In this document: positions 15,301-23,453 of the stretch, one piece after another | Layout of the letters: every line of letters begins with the position of its first letter | How positions within the stretch are numbered: the first letter of the stretch is position 1 | From: a virus | Lineage: Duplodnaviria > Caudoviricetes | Length of the DNA stretch: 29,269 bases | Strand: one strand, 5' to 3' | Virus record (IMG/VR): IMGVR_UViG_3300037762_000191 | Location: 1 to 29,269 of that record | Position numbers and translations under genes: made by a program | Notes under the pieces: generated by a model | Database searches by the model: none | What the model was told of the DNA's origin: nothing | What the model saw: only the letters and a program-made list of their open reading frames with translations

Positions 15301-16137
15301 CTACGCGACCCCGGCCGGTGCCGGGTGGAGTTTCAGCAGGTCCATGGCCCGGTTGGGGATGGCGAATCCCATCACCGGCAGGAAGGTGGTCTCCCCGCCC
15401 TGCATGGTCGCCTGACCGAGCACGTTGGGACGGCCGGGGCCTCGCTGCGTCTCCCACAGGTGCTTGATGATGATGAGCGCGGCCTCGATGAGCTCGTCCG
15501 GGATGTCGGTCCGGCCGGCGATGTAGGCGACACGCAGCGTGCCCCACGAGATGGACTGCCCGGCCTTGTGCCGGATGATCCCGGTCGGTGACACGTCCAG
15601 ATCGGTGAGGGTGACCGTCGGCGCCGACGTGAGAATCGGGGTCACCGATGTCAGGCTGACCACCTGATCCCGGTGCAGCACCAACGCACCGTTGCCGCCC
15701 TGCACTTCGTCGGTGTAGGTGCGCCGCACGACCGGCCCGCAGAAGTACTCGACGGCGCCGGTGGCCGAGCCGATCTTCCGCTCGAGCTCCTGGTCGTGTG
15801 TGGTCGTCGCCAGCGGGATGTTCAGATGATCCTTGACCTCGTCCAGGGAGACGAGCGCCGTCTCAGCACCGGAACGGACGTGGAAGACCTGCGTGTGTGC
15901 GCCCGAATTCGCCCCGGTCGCCAGCCAGTAGCCGACGTAACGGCCGACCATCGTCGAGGTGATGTCCTTGTCGTAGACGCCAGTCGTGGTGGGGATGACC
16001 GTGAACGGCGACCCAGTCTCGGCGGCACCATCCGGCTTGGTCACCGTCAATGTCATGGTGCCCGCGTTGGCTGGCAGCCCGGCGGCGTCTTCGACACTGG
16101 CGGAGAAGCCGAGCACGTCGCCGACGGTCAGCGCCAT
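15301..16137 (-). CDS. Head-tail adaptor/connector with extra N-terminal Ig-like domain
   Basis: LVSLDEVKDHLNI...HDQELERKIGSATGAVE...YIAG...IPDELIEAALIIIKHLWETQRG connector signature, preceded by a ~90-aa domain (LTVTKPDG...GRYVGYWLATG). Confidence 0.85.
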   Translation of the reverse strand: MALTVGDVLGFSASVEDAAGLPANAGTMTLTVTKPDGAAETGSPFTVIPTTTGVYDKDITSTMVGRYVGYWLATGANSGAHTQVFHVRSGAETALVSLDEVKDHLNIPLATTTHDQELERKIGSATGAVEYFCGPVVRRTYTDEVQGGNGALVLHRDQVVSLTSVTPILTSAPTVTLTDLDVSPTGIIRHKAGQSISWGTLRVAYIAGRTDIPDELIEAALIIIKHLWETQRGPGRPNVLGQATMQGGETTFLPVMGFAIPNRAMDLLKLHPAPAGVA

Positions 16138-16138
16138 C

Positions 16139-18040
16139 TCAGCCTCCGCTCACAGTCGAGGTGGCCCGGACGCGGGCTCGGACGGTCGACGTGGATCGGT
16201 GTCGGGCCGACACCACGCCCCGCGAAGTCCCCACGACGGGCGCCGGCACCGCGGCGATTGCTGCCACAGTCGCTGGGGTGACGGTGGCGTGAATCTCGGC
16301 GACGACAGTGTGTGCTGGAACGGTTGCCACTGCGGCGACAGCGACGACATTGATGGCGACGCCACCGCCGGCGGTGACCGTGGGTGCGGGCACTGACGCT
16401 GCGGCTGCCACGGCCGCCGGTGCGATCAATGCGCCCATGGTCACCGTGGGCGCCGGTACGGCCGACACGGCGGCGACGGCGACCGCGGCGAGCGAAGCCC
16501 CGGCACCCACGGTCGGTGCTGGCACGACGGCGACCGCCGCCACCGCGGCCGCATTGATGGTGACGTCGCCACCGGTGATCACGGTGGGTGCCGGTATGGC
16601 TGCCACCGCTGCCACGGCGGCGGGTGCGATTCCTGCCCCCGTGGTCACCGTGGGCGCTGGGATGTCCGCTACGGCGGTAACGGTGGCCGGGGCCACGACG
16701 ACACCGAGGGCGACTGTCACGGTCTCCACGGACGCCACAGCGGCCACCACGGCGGCTGTGACGGTGGCCCCGGCTTGGACGGTTGGGGCCGGGACCGCCG
16801 CGAGGGCGGCAACGGTGTCGGCGTTGACGCTTGCCCCGCCGCCGACCGTAACCGTCGGCGCCGGAATGTCCGCGGTTGCGGTCACCCCTGCTGGTGTGAT
16901 CCCGGCGCCGGCGGCGACTGTGACTGTCTCGACGGTGGCGACCGCTGCGACGGTCGCCGGGGTGACCAGCGCCTCGCCGGTGACAGTGACGTCGGGGACG
17001 GCGGCGAACGCCTGCACTTGGTCGACGCTGATGGTGATGCCGCCACCGAACGACGAGGCGGTGACGACTTCGGACCAGTCGGACACGGTCCGGATCAGGA
17101 TGGTCACCGTGGGCACGTCGGCGACTGCCGCCACCGCCGCCGGGGTGATGGTGACATCGCCGCCGGTCAACACCGTCACCGCGGGTACATCGGCGACCGC
17201 TGCAACCACAGCTGGGACAACGACCGCCCCGGCTTCGACGGTGACCGCGGGAACCGCTGCCACGGCGGCGACTGCGGCGGGGGTAACAGTGGCGTCCCCA
17301 CCGGGGACGCCACCGGTCCAGGTGAAGTCCGCGTCGCCCCAGGTGGTGGTCGCCGAGCCCCAGTCGCCCGGGTCGCCTCCACCGCCGGTGGTGACTGTCA
17401 CCGCTGGGACATCCGCGACCGCGGCCACCACGTCCGGGGTTACCGTGGCGTTGACTGCCTCGACGACGGTCACCGTCGGTGTAGCTGTATACACCGGTGT
17501 GCTGTCACCGGAGAAGATCCCGCGGAACTGGATCGTGTTGCCGTTGACAACATCCGCGCCGACGATCTGCAAGGTGAACTCGAACTCGGTGTGCTCGGAC
17601 GCCGCCAACGTCACCGAGTTACAGCTTCCGTCGGTGGACACGGTGCCCGCGGCGAACGTGCCCGTCCCGCCGATCTGGTCGGTGGTCGCCGTGTTGTTGG
17701 CGACGCTGCCGGTGACCGCCTGAACCACCGACGAAGTCGTGGTGACATCGAGGAACCCGGCGCCGTCCAGGTTGTACTGCAACTGCATGTCCGACGACCC
17801 GCCGAGTGCCTCCAACACCTGCAAGACGAACCGGACCCGAAAGGTCTCATCAACGTTCTGTGACCAGTTGGCGTTCGCCACGTCCTTCCACGTGGCGGTG
17901 GCCTGGGTGCCGTCGTCGTTTCGGCCCCGGAACTGCAGTTGCTCCAGGTTGAACATCGCAACGCCACCGGCGATCAGCCGGATCGGGCGACCACGCTTGG
18001 TGTAGCCGAGGAGTGCGCCGGGCTGAGTAGGCAGTGTCAT
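16139..18040 (-). CDS. Repeat-rich fibre/scaffold-like virion protein (633 aa; 16 copies of a 22-24 aa ATVTPAAVAAVAAVPAPTVTxG unit)
   Basis: ATGA-coupled start at 18040. N-terminal globular beta domain followed by Ala/Val/Thr/Pro repeats counted in the translation. Confidence 0.78.
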   Translation of the reverse strand: MTLPTQPGALLGYTKRGRPIRLIAGGVAMFNLEQLQFRGRNDDGTQATATWKDVANANWSQNVDETFRVRFVLQVLEALGGSSDMQLQYNLDGAGFLDVTTTSSVVQAVTGSVANNTATTDQIGGTGTFAAGTVSTDGSCNSVTLAASEHTEFEFTLQIVGADVVNGNTIQFRGIFSGDSTPVYTATPTVTVVEAVNATVTPDVVAAVADVPAVTVTTGGGGDPGDWGSATTTWGDADFTWTGGVPGGDATVTPAAVAAVAAVPAVTVEAGAVVVPAVVAAVADVPAVTVLTGGDVTITPAAVAAVADVPTVTILIRTVSDWSEVVTASSFGGGITISVDQVQAFAAVPDVTVTGEALVTPATVAAVATVETVTVAAGAGITPAGVTATADIPAPTVTVGGGASVNADTVAALAAVPAPTVQAGATVTAAVVAAVASVETVTVALGVVVAPATVTAVADIPAPTVTTGAGIAPAAVAAVAAIPAPTVITGGDVTINAAAVAAVAVVPAPTVGAGASLAAVAVAAVSAVPAPTVTMGALIAPAAVAAAASVPAPTVTAGGGVAINVVAVAAVATVPAHTVVAEIHATVTPATVAAIAAVPAPVVGTSRGVVSARHRSTSTVRARVRATSTVSGG

Positions 18041-18381
18041 GGCTGCTCGCTCCCCGAATAGCGCGGGAAGTCGGGATCGCTCAACGCGCGGCGGCGGACC
18101 TCGATGTGGGTGCGGGCCGGGACGGTGCGACCGAACAGAACCCGCTTCCAGCCAGGCTGGGCCAGGTAATCGTAGAAGCCGAACAGGTCGCCGCCGACCC
18201 ACTCGCTATCAGTCCACCAGTAGTAGTCACGACCGTCCCAGACGCGGCGACCGGTGTTGTCCGGGTCGAGGGAGCTGTCCGCGACTGTGATGACCTGCAC
18301 ACCCAGGGCGGGCGCTTCGTCAGGCCCGCCGTCCTCGTCGGAGAACGTGGACCCGTCGGAGTAGTAAACCCGCCAAAGCAT
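18037..18381 (-). CDS. Hypothetical protein (114 aa, aromatic-rich)
   Basis: Coupled on both sides (TGATG and ATGA), protein-like composition. Confidence 0.75.
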   Translation of the reverse strand: MLWRVYYSDGSTFSDEDGGPDEAPALGVQVITVADSSLDPDNTGRRVWDGRDYYWWTDSEWVGGDLFGFYDYLAQPGWKRVLFGRTVPARTHIEVRRRALSDPDFPRYSGSEQP

Positions 18382-19526
18382 CAGGCGGCCTCGACGGAGC
18401 GGATCCGGTAGTCGTAGGAAGTGCCCGGGTCCAGGCCGGTGTCCTGGTAGGAGGTGGCGGCCACATCGAAGGCGATGACCACCCCGTCACGTTCCACGTC
18501 GTAACCGGACGCCCCCAGCACCGGGTTCCACGACAGGTCGATCTGGTCGGTAGAGATCGGGGTGGCGATCAGCCCAGTCGGCGGCCCCCACAACGCCGGC
18601 GCCGGAACCGTCGCCGTGGCAGCGACCGGGTTGGGCAGGACAGTGGCCCACACGTCTTCGGTGGCGCCGAACCCGAGCACATCGATGCCGCCGACCATCG
18701 ACTGCCCAACAGTGAACGCCGCCGCACCAGCAGCGGTGGACACGACCACCAGGCCGACCGTGGCCAGCGCCTCGACGGTGGCCGGGGTGACCGTGGCATC
18801 CGTCCCGCCGGCCGGTTCCACCACTCGGAGGAACACGACTGAACCCTGCGCCGAGCCGGTCGCCCCGGAGGTACCGGTGGCGGTGTACGACGGTGCCCCA
18901 GTCGAGGTGCCGGCGGTGATGTCGGCGGTGTAGATGTAGCAGCGGCCGTCGAGGCCCTGGGTCGTCAGTTGGTTGACCCGGGCGGTCAGATTCGCCACCG
19001 TGCAGCCGGGGATCGACAGCGCGGGCGAGGTGTGGACTCCGGCGTCAGTCGGGACCATCACCACGGCCACGGCCCAGTCACCGACCGCATAGTTCAGGTT
19101 CGCCGGGGCGGCGGCCAGGAACGACGTGGTGCCGGTGGAGTTGTCGAACCCGGTGGTCGCCGTGACGGCCCAGGCACCGGAGTTCTCCTTGCTCAGGCCG
19201 ATCATGGCGCCGATCTGCGGGCTGTAGTACGCGCTCCAGGTGAACGACGGGGCGCCGTCACCGGCCACCATCGTCCGGGTGAACGCCCCGGCCCGCACCG
19301 AGCCACCGTCGCCGGCGTTCGCTACCGTGCCATTGGTCACAGTGGCCTGGGTGCTGAACTCTGCGGGCGGTGACGGCTCGGCGGAGAACGGCTTGTTGCC
19401 CGCACCGACGATCAGCAGGTTGTCTTCGACCACCCCGGCCGGCAATTCGTAGGAGGTGGTCCCGATCGGGCCGCTGGTGTCAGCGGTTGCGCTGGCCGCG
19501 CCGGCTGCAACGAAGCTGATCGCCAC
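18381..19526 (-). CDS. Virion appendage protein with C-terminal fibronectin type III domain
   Basis: PPTGL...IDLSWNPV.GASGYDVERDG...SYQDTGLDPGTSYDYRIRSV is an FN3 pattern. N-terminal beta-sandwich; also carries two copies of the 22-aa repeat. Confidence 0.8.
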   Translation of the reverse strand: MAISFVAAGAASATADTSGPIGTTSYELPAGVVEDNLLIVGAGNKPFSAEPSPPAEFSTQATVTNGTVANAGDGGSVRAGAFTRTMVAGDGAPSFTWSAYYSPQIGAMIGLSKENSGAWAVTATTGFDNSTGTTSFLAAAPANLNYAVGDWAVAVVMVPTDAGVHTSPALSIPGCTVANLTARVNQLTTQGLDGRCYIYTADITAGTSTGAPSYTATGTSGATGSAQGSVVFLRVVEPAGGTDATVTPATVEALATVGLVVVSTAAGAAAFTVGQSMVGGIDVLGFGATEDVWATVLPNPVAATATVPAPALWGPPTGLIATPISTDQIDLSWNPVLGASGYDVERDGVVIAFDVAATSYQDTGLDPGTSYDYRIRSVEAA

Positions 19527-19538
19527 CGCGACCCCCGA

Positions 19539-21140
19539 TCAGGCGGTGTTGTTCCAGACCCGCGGGTAGTTCCCGTTGACTACGCCGCCACCGTTGAATC
19601 GGTGCGAAATCTCCAGGTACTCGTTCGGGTAGGAGGCGAGTTCGAGCGGTGGCACCAGGCCGCAGTTGCCGATCGGGATCGAATGACCGAGCGTGGCCGA
19701 CCCATCACCGAAGAAGCCGAACAGGTCGCTGGGCTTGATGGACAGCCGCGCTTTCCGTTCGTCATTGCTGGCGCCGCCATCCATCTGGATCAGGCTGTGC
19801 GAGGCGGCCCCCGCGTGCCAGCCCAAGTTCTGGCAGTTGGTGAACTTGAGCTTGTGCTGGACGACGATCTCGTTCGAGTCGATCGTGCAGCGGATCACAC
19901 CCCGCCGGCCGGCCACCTCGGTCGCACCGGGGATCGTCTCGGACAAGTTGTCCGATTCCCAATGGACCGAGTCCATGTGGCAGGTCACGTAGTGGGTGTT
20001 GTTCGTGCCCTCGACCGCGTGGACGCCGCCGTCGAAGTGGGCGAACCCGGCGCAACTGTCCACCACCGAGTGCCCGTCCCAGGTGACGTCCCGAATCGAC
20101 ACGATCGTCTGCGACGCGATCTTCATGTAGAGGGCGTACCCGGTGATGCGGTCCCACCGGCCGCCGCGGATCCAGAAGTTCGTCGCCCCCAGGCCCTCAA
20201 CAGAGATGGCGTTGCCGGCGAACGCGCCCAGGTGGACCTCGTCCAACCCGGTGCCTGAGTCGATCTTCGCGGCCTGGGTGGGCGGATCGATGGCGCCGAA
20301 TCGGATCGCGGTGTTGGCGATGTCCCGCCCGGCGAACCGGACGTTGCGGTACAGGGCGCCGAACAGGTTGCTGCCCGCGACCAGCGTGTTGAACATGGTC
20401 CCGCCGGCGGCGCCGTTCCATACGATGTTCGGTAGCTGCACCACCCGGTTGAAGCCCATCGACCCGACGCCCCACGTCCACACGGGAGCATAGAGGGGGT
20501 CGAAGACAGTTTCGATGGTGTCGCTGATGCCGTAGGTGCGGCCACCGGGGAACACCACCACACCGAACCCGCCGGCGCCCTGGGCGGCGGCGTAGGCGGC
20601 TTGGATGGCGGCCGTGTCGTCGGTGCCGCCGCCAGTGTTGTGATGCGAGTCCCCGACCGCGCCGTACTCGATCACGTTGTGCGCCTGGAAATCCGACGAC
20701 GGGATCGTCAGCCGCTTGTCGGTGATCTGGTTGGCGGCGATCGTCGACCCGGCGCTGTGCCCGTTGGGAACGTACACGTCGGCGAGCGCGGTCCGTGAGG
20801 CTGGGACGGTGGGCATCAGCGGCTCCGCGCCAGGCGTTCCCACCACACTCGACTTCGCCCCAGTGGCGTCGATGGTGACCAGGTCCCGCCGCGGGTTCCC
20901 GGACGAGTTCGCGGAGATGGCCACGTTCCCGGAGGCCACCGTCACGTACACCCCGTCGACGACAGCCACCCCGGCTGCCACAGTCACCGACCCGTTCGCC
21001 GCGCCGGTCGTGGTCACCCCGACACCGGAGGCCACCCCGGACCGGGTGGACCCGGCGGCGAGGATGGCGATGTCGGTGGCATTGACCCTCGCCTGGGCGG
21101 TGAATCCGGCATCACCCACATTGGGAATGGTGAACGGCAC
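19539..21140 (-). CDS. Tailspike-like protein with pectate-lyase-3-like parallel beta-helix (putative depolymerase/receptor binding)
   Basis: HNVIEYGAVGD...TDDTAAIQAA...VVVFPGGRTY helix-cap motif, preceded by an anchoring domain (NPRRDLV). AGGAGG RBS before the GTG. Confidence 0.78.
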   Translation of the reverse strand: MPFTIPNVGDAGFTAQARVNATDIAILAAGSTRSGVASGVGVTTTGAANGSVTVAAGVAVVDGVYVTVASGNVAISANSSGNPRRDLVTIDATGAKSSVVGTPGAEPLMPTVPASRTALADVYVPNGHSAGSTIAANQITDKRLTIPSSDFQAHNVIEYGAVGDSHHNTGGGTDDTAAIQAAYAAAQGAGGFGVVVFPGGRTYGISDTIETVFDPLYAPVWTWGVGSMGFNRVVQLPNIVWNGAAGGTMFNTLVAGSNLFGALYRNVRFAGRDIANTAIRFGAIDPPTQAAKIDSGTGLDEVHLGAFAGNAISVEGLGATNFWIRGGRWDRITGYALYMKIASQTIVSIRDVTWDGHSVVDSCAGFAHFDGGVHAVEGTNNTHYVTCHMDSVHWESDNLSETIPGATEVAGRRGVIRCTIDSNEIVVQHKLKFTNCQNLGWHAGAASHSLIQMDGGASNDERKARLSIKPSDLFGFFGDGSATLGHSIPIGNCGLVPPLELASYPNEYLEISHRFNGGGVVNGNYPRVWNNTA

Positions 21141-21148
21141 GCCGCCTC

Positions 21149-21814
21149 CTAGCCGGTCTTGAAGAAGACCCGAGGCGCATGCGTGTTGTTGGCTCGGGTG
21201 GTGGTGAACGGGTCGGGCAGCGCGCCGGCGACCCCGGTCTGGATATATCCGGCCCAGGAGGCGTTACCGGCTGTGAGTGTCGTCAGCCCGATCGCCCGGC
21301 AGCTCATGGCATTGGTCGCCGGGCTACACGCCGACACCGTGGACACCCCACCGATCCACTTCACCCCGGACACATTCACCGCAGTGAACGCTGCCGGGCC
21401 GCCGAAGGCCCCGGTGATCTCGGTGGAGTAGGTGCCCGCGTCCTTCAGCAGCGATCCCGGGTAGCTGGCGCCGTTGTCGTTGTAGATGCACAACCGGCGC
21501 AGCCCGCCCGCGCCGGCGGCGGTGACGATGTACTCATTGAGCTCGACGATCGTGGTGCCGGGTGGGAAGTCAAACCGGGACAGGATCAGCGCCCCGGTGC
21601 CGAAGTTCGAGTTGGAGGTCGAAATGATGTCCTGCGAGTACCACAACCCGGAGCCGTAGGCGATCCGCAGCCCGACACCGATGGTCGCCAGCGCCACAAT
21701 CTCGTCGGCCTGCTTCTGCTCCAACGTCACATGCGACGGCGCCGACAGCGGGTCGGTGGCGGTGCCGACCATGCTGGTGAAGTCCGGGACAGCACCCGGG
21801 TATTGAGCAGCCAC
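21149..21814 (-). CDS. Putative fibre/spike subunit (221 aa)
   Basis: N-terminus YPGAVPDFT...TDPLSAPSH...ADEIVAL resembles fibre anchors; C-terminal beta domain (RLCIYND...YPGSLL). GGAGG RBS. Confidence 0.68.
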   Translation of the reverse strand: MAAQYPGAVPDFTSMVGTATDPLSAPSHVTLEQKQADEIVALATIGVGLRIAYGSGLWYSQDIISTSNSNFGTGALILSRFDFPPGTTIVELNEYIVTAAGAGGLRRLCIYNDNGASYPGSLLKDAGTYSTEITGAFGGPAAFTAVNVSGVKWIGGVSTVSACSPATNAMSCRAIGLTTLTAGNASWAGYIQTGVAGALPDPFTTTRANNTHAPRVFFKTG

Positions 21815-21817
21815 CGG

Positions 21818-22033
21818 TCACCCTCCCGTCAACGTGCCGCCGACCACGTCCAGGCCGCCGACGAAGGACTGGCCGACGAGAAACGCCGTCCCGGTCGGCG
21901 GCTGGGTCGGCGTCGGGCTCGGGCTGGGGCTCGGGCCGTGGTTGTGACCGGGCCGGTGGTGACGCGGGAACGCGGCAACCGCGGCCAGCCCGGCGATGAC
22001 GAACGACCGCCGGGACAGCCCCTGGTTCACCAT
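21818..22033 (-). CDS. Small protein with twin-arginine-like N-terminus and Pro/Ser/Thr linker (71 aa; alternative in-frame GTG at 22183)
   Basis: MVNQGLSRRSFVIAGLAAVAA...PSPSPSPTPTQP...FLVGQSFVGGLDVVGG. The last motif is shared with the 18381-19526 protein. Confidence 0.55.
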   Translation of the reverse strand: MVNQGLSRRSFVIAGLAAVAAFPRHHRPGHNHGPSPSPSPTPTQPPTGTAFLVGQSFVGGLDVVGGTLTGG

Positions 22034-22179
22034 GGTGTCGGGTACGCTTTCCCCCGGACCTCGGTGGAGGGTTGAAGTCCATAAGGCGCAGCCGCAACGG
22101 GCGCCGACGGTGTGGAGACCGAACGGCGGCATATGGTTTCCGGGGCCATACCAGGCCCGGCGTGCATACCGAGGTCCAT

Positions 22180-22656
22180 TCACGGCGTCCAGTCGACGGT
22201 GCCTACCCCCGCCGCGGCGAACTGCACCCCGAACGTGCCGTTCGTGGTGGCGAAGTCGGACACGAAGTTGATGAGCAGGATCAGCGCGTCCGCGGTCGGC
22301 GTGGTCAGCGCATCCGCGTAGGCGCGCATCGCCCGGACCCCGGACAGCGTCGTCGACGCCACCGACAGGTCCGTCATGTCCCACTTCATCGTCCCGGTCG
22401 GGGCCACGGTCAGGGTCGGCGCCTGCGACGTGCCACCCGCGGCAGCAGCCGAGAACGCGATCCCGCCGGTGACCCAGCCGGTGCCGGTGACCTCGTTGGT
22501 GTTGTTCCACGTCACGTCGGTGTCGAAGTTCGGCGTCGCCACGTTCGACAGCAGCGCCCACTTGTGCGTGACGAGGATCAGGTCCAGACCGACGTTGGTC
22601 GTGTCGAGCTCGTCGATGAAGTTCTGGACGTACCAGCCGCTCGCGGTGATGGCCAT
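22180..22656 (-). CDS. Putative virion structural subunit (158 aa, beta-rich)
   Basis: AGGAG RBS. LDL...KWALL...PNFDTD...NEVTGTGW.TGG...TTNGTFGVQFAAAG pattern resembles small phage fibre/decoration proteins. Confidence 0.72.
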   Translation of the reverse strand: MAITASGWYVQNFIDELDTTNVGLDLILVTHKWALLSNVATPNFDTDVTWNNTNEVTGTGWVTGGIAFSAAAAGGTSQAPTLTVAPTGTMKWDMTDLSVASTTLSGVRAMRAYADALTTPTADALILLINFVSDFATTNGTFGVQFAAAGVGTVDWTP

Positions 22657-22672
22657 GGTGTCCGGCTCCTAT

Positions 22673-23008
22673 TCAGCGGTTGATGCGGTGGTCGAGACGG
22701 GCCGCGACCAGTTCGTCGCGGGCAGCGTGGTAGGCGTCTCGGTTGGCCTGCGACCGGTCCTCCAGGTACGCCTGCTGTGCGGCCACGTACGCCGCGGTGG
22801 CGTCGATGATGTCCCCGGAGATGTAGTCCGACACTCGACGCGACGTGTCATCCGGGCCGTTCGGACCGGCCGGCGGGTCCTCGTCGAGCAGCGCCCGCGC
22901 GACGTCCTGCTTGTACGGGAAATGCTCGTCCGGATCGTTGAGCCGCGCCCGGGCGAGCAGCGCCTGCGCTTCGGCCACCGCATCGGCGTAGCTGGAAGTC
23001 TTGGCCAT
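22673..23008 (-). CDS. Hypothetical helical protein (~111 aa)
   Basis: GGAG RBS and coupling to the upstream stop; start is ATG 23008 or GTG 23011. Confidence 0.68.
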   Translation of the reverse strand: MAKTSSYADAVAEAQALLARARLNDPDEHFPYKQDVARALLDEDPPAGPNGPDDTSRRVSDYISGDIIDATAAYVAAQQAYLEDRSQANRDAYHAARDELVAARLDHRINR

Positions 23009-23235
23009 CACACGTTCTCCACTCGTCCGGTCTTGCGGTCCCCGCGCAGCCGCACGGGCTCCTTCATCCGCACCATCACGTCCTGCCGGTCGTGCCAGTG
23101 CTCAGTCGTGTCGATCGCCTGCGACTTGTCGTCGGCGGTCGTCGTCTTCGTCAGCGCACGCCGGTCCGGGTCCAACACCCGCAGCGACCGGTAGTGCTCG
23201 GCCTGGGTTTCGCAGCAGCCGTGGGCGCAGGACAT
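23008..23235 (-). CDS. Hypothetical protein (75 aa) with N-terminal C/H cluster
   Basis: TGATG coupling on both sides; begins MSCAHGCCETQAEHY. Confidence 0.65.
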   Translation of the reverse strand: MSCAHGCCETQAEHYRSLRVLDPDRRALTKTTTADDKSQAIDTTEHWHDRQDVMVRMKEPVRLRGDRKTGRVENV

Positions 23236-23453
23236 CAGGACGTCTTGCGGGGACGGCCCGGCCCGCGCTTCTCGGGCTCCGGAGCGACGGCCTTCTCGAC
23301 CTTCTCCTCCGGCTCCTCGGCCACCGGCTCGGCCAGCCCAGCGGCGCAGAACTTCACACCGACCACGTCCGGCACATCAGCCACGCCACCCTGCGGCGGC
23401 CATGGCACCCCGTCGAGGGTGCCGGACATGCCGACCTTCATCTTGATCTTCAT
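23235..23453 (-). CDS. Small capsid-adjacent protein (72 aa) with C-terminal AT-hook-like GRPRK
   Basis: ATGA coupling, GAGGA RBS, ends KRGPGRPRKTS. Confidence 0.75.
   Translation of the reverse strand: MKIKMKVGMSGTLDGVPWPPQGGVADVPDVVGVKFCAAGLAEPVAEEPEEKVEKAVAPEPEKRGPGRPRKTS

Noticed and set aside
16139-21814. Diversity-generating retroelement or shufflon acting on fibre genes
   Set aside because: I saw no reverse transcriptase, no near-identical TR/VR pair and no inverted cassettes. The repeats are diverged at the DNA level.
16139-21830. C-terminal Gly-Gly on two cassette proteins (VSGG, LTGG) suggesting ubiquitin-like conjugation
   Set aside because: In both cases the GG codons are the GGAGG Shine-Dalgarno of the next gene, and no E1/E2/JAB genes are present.
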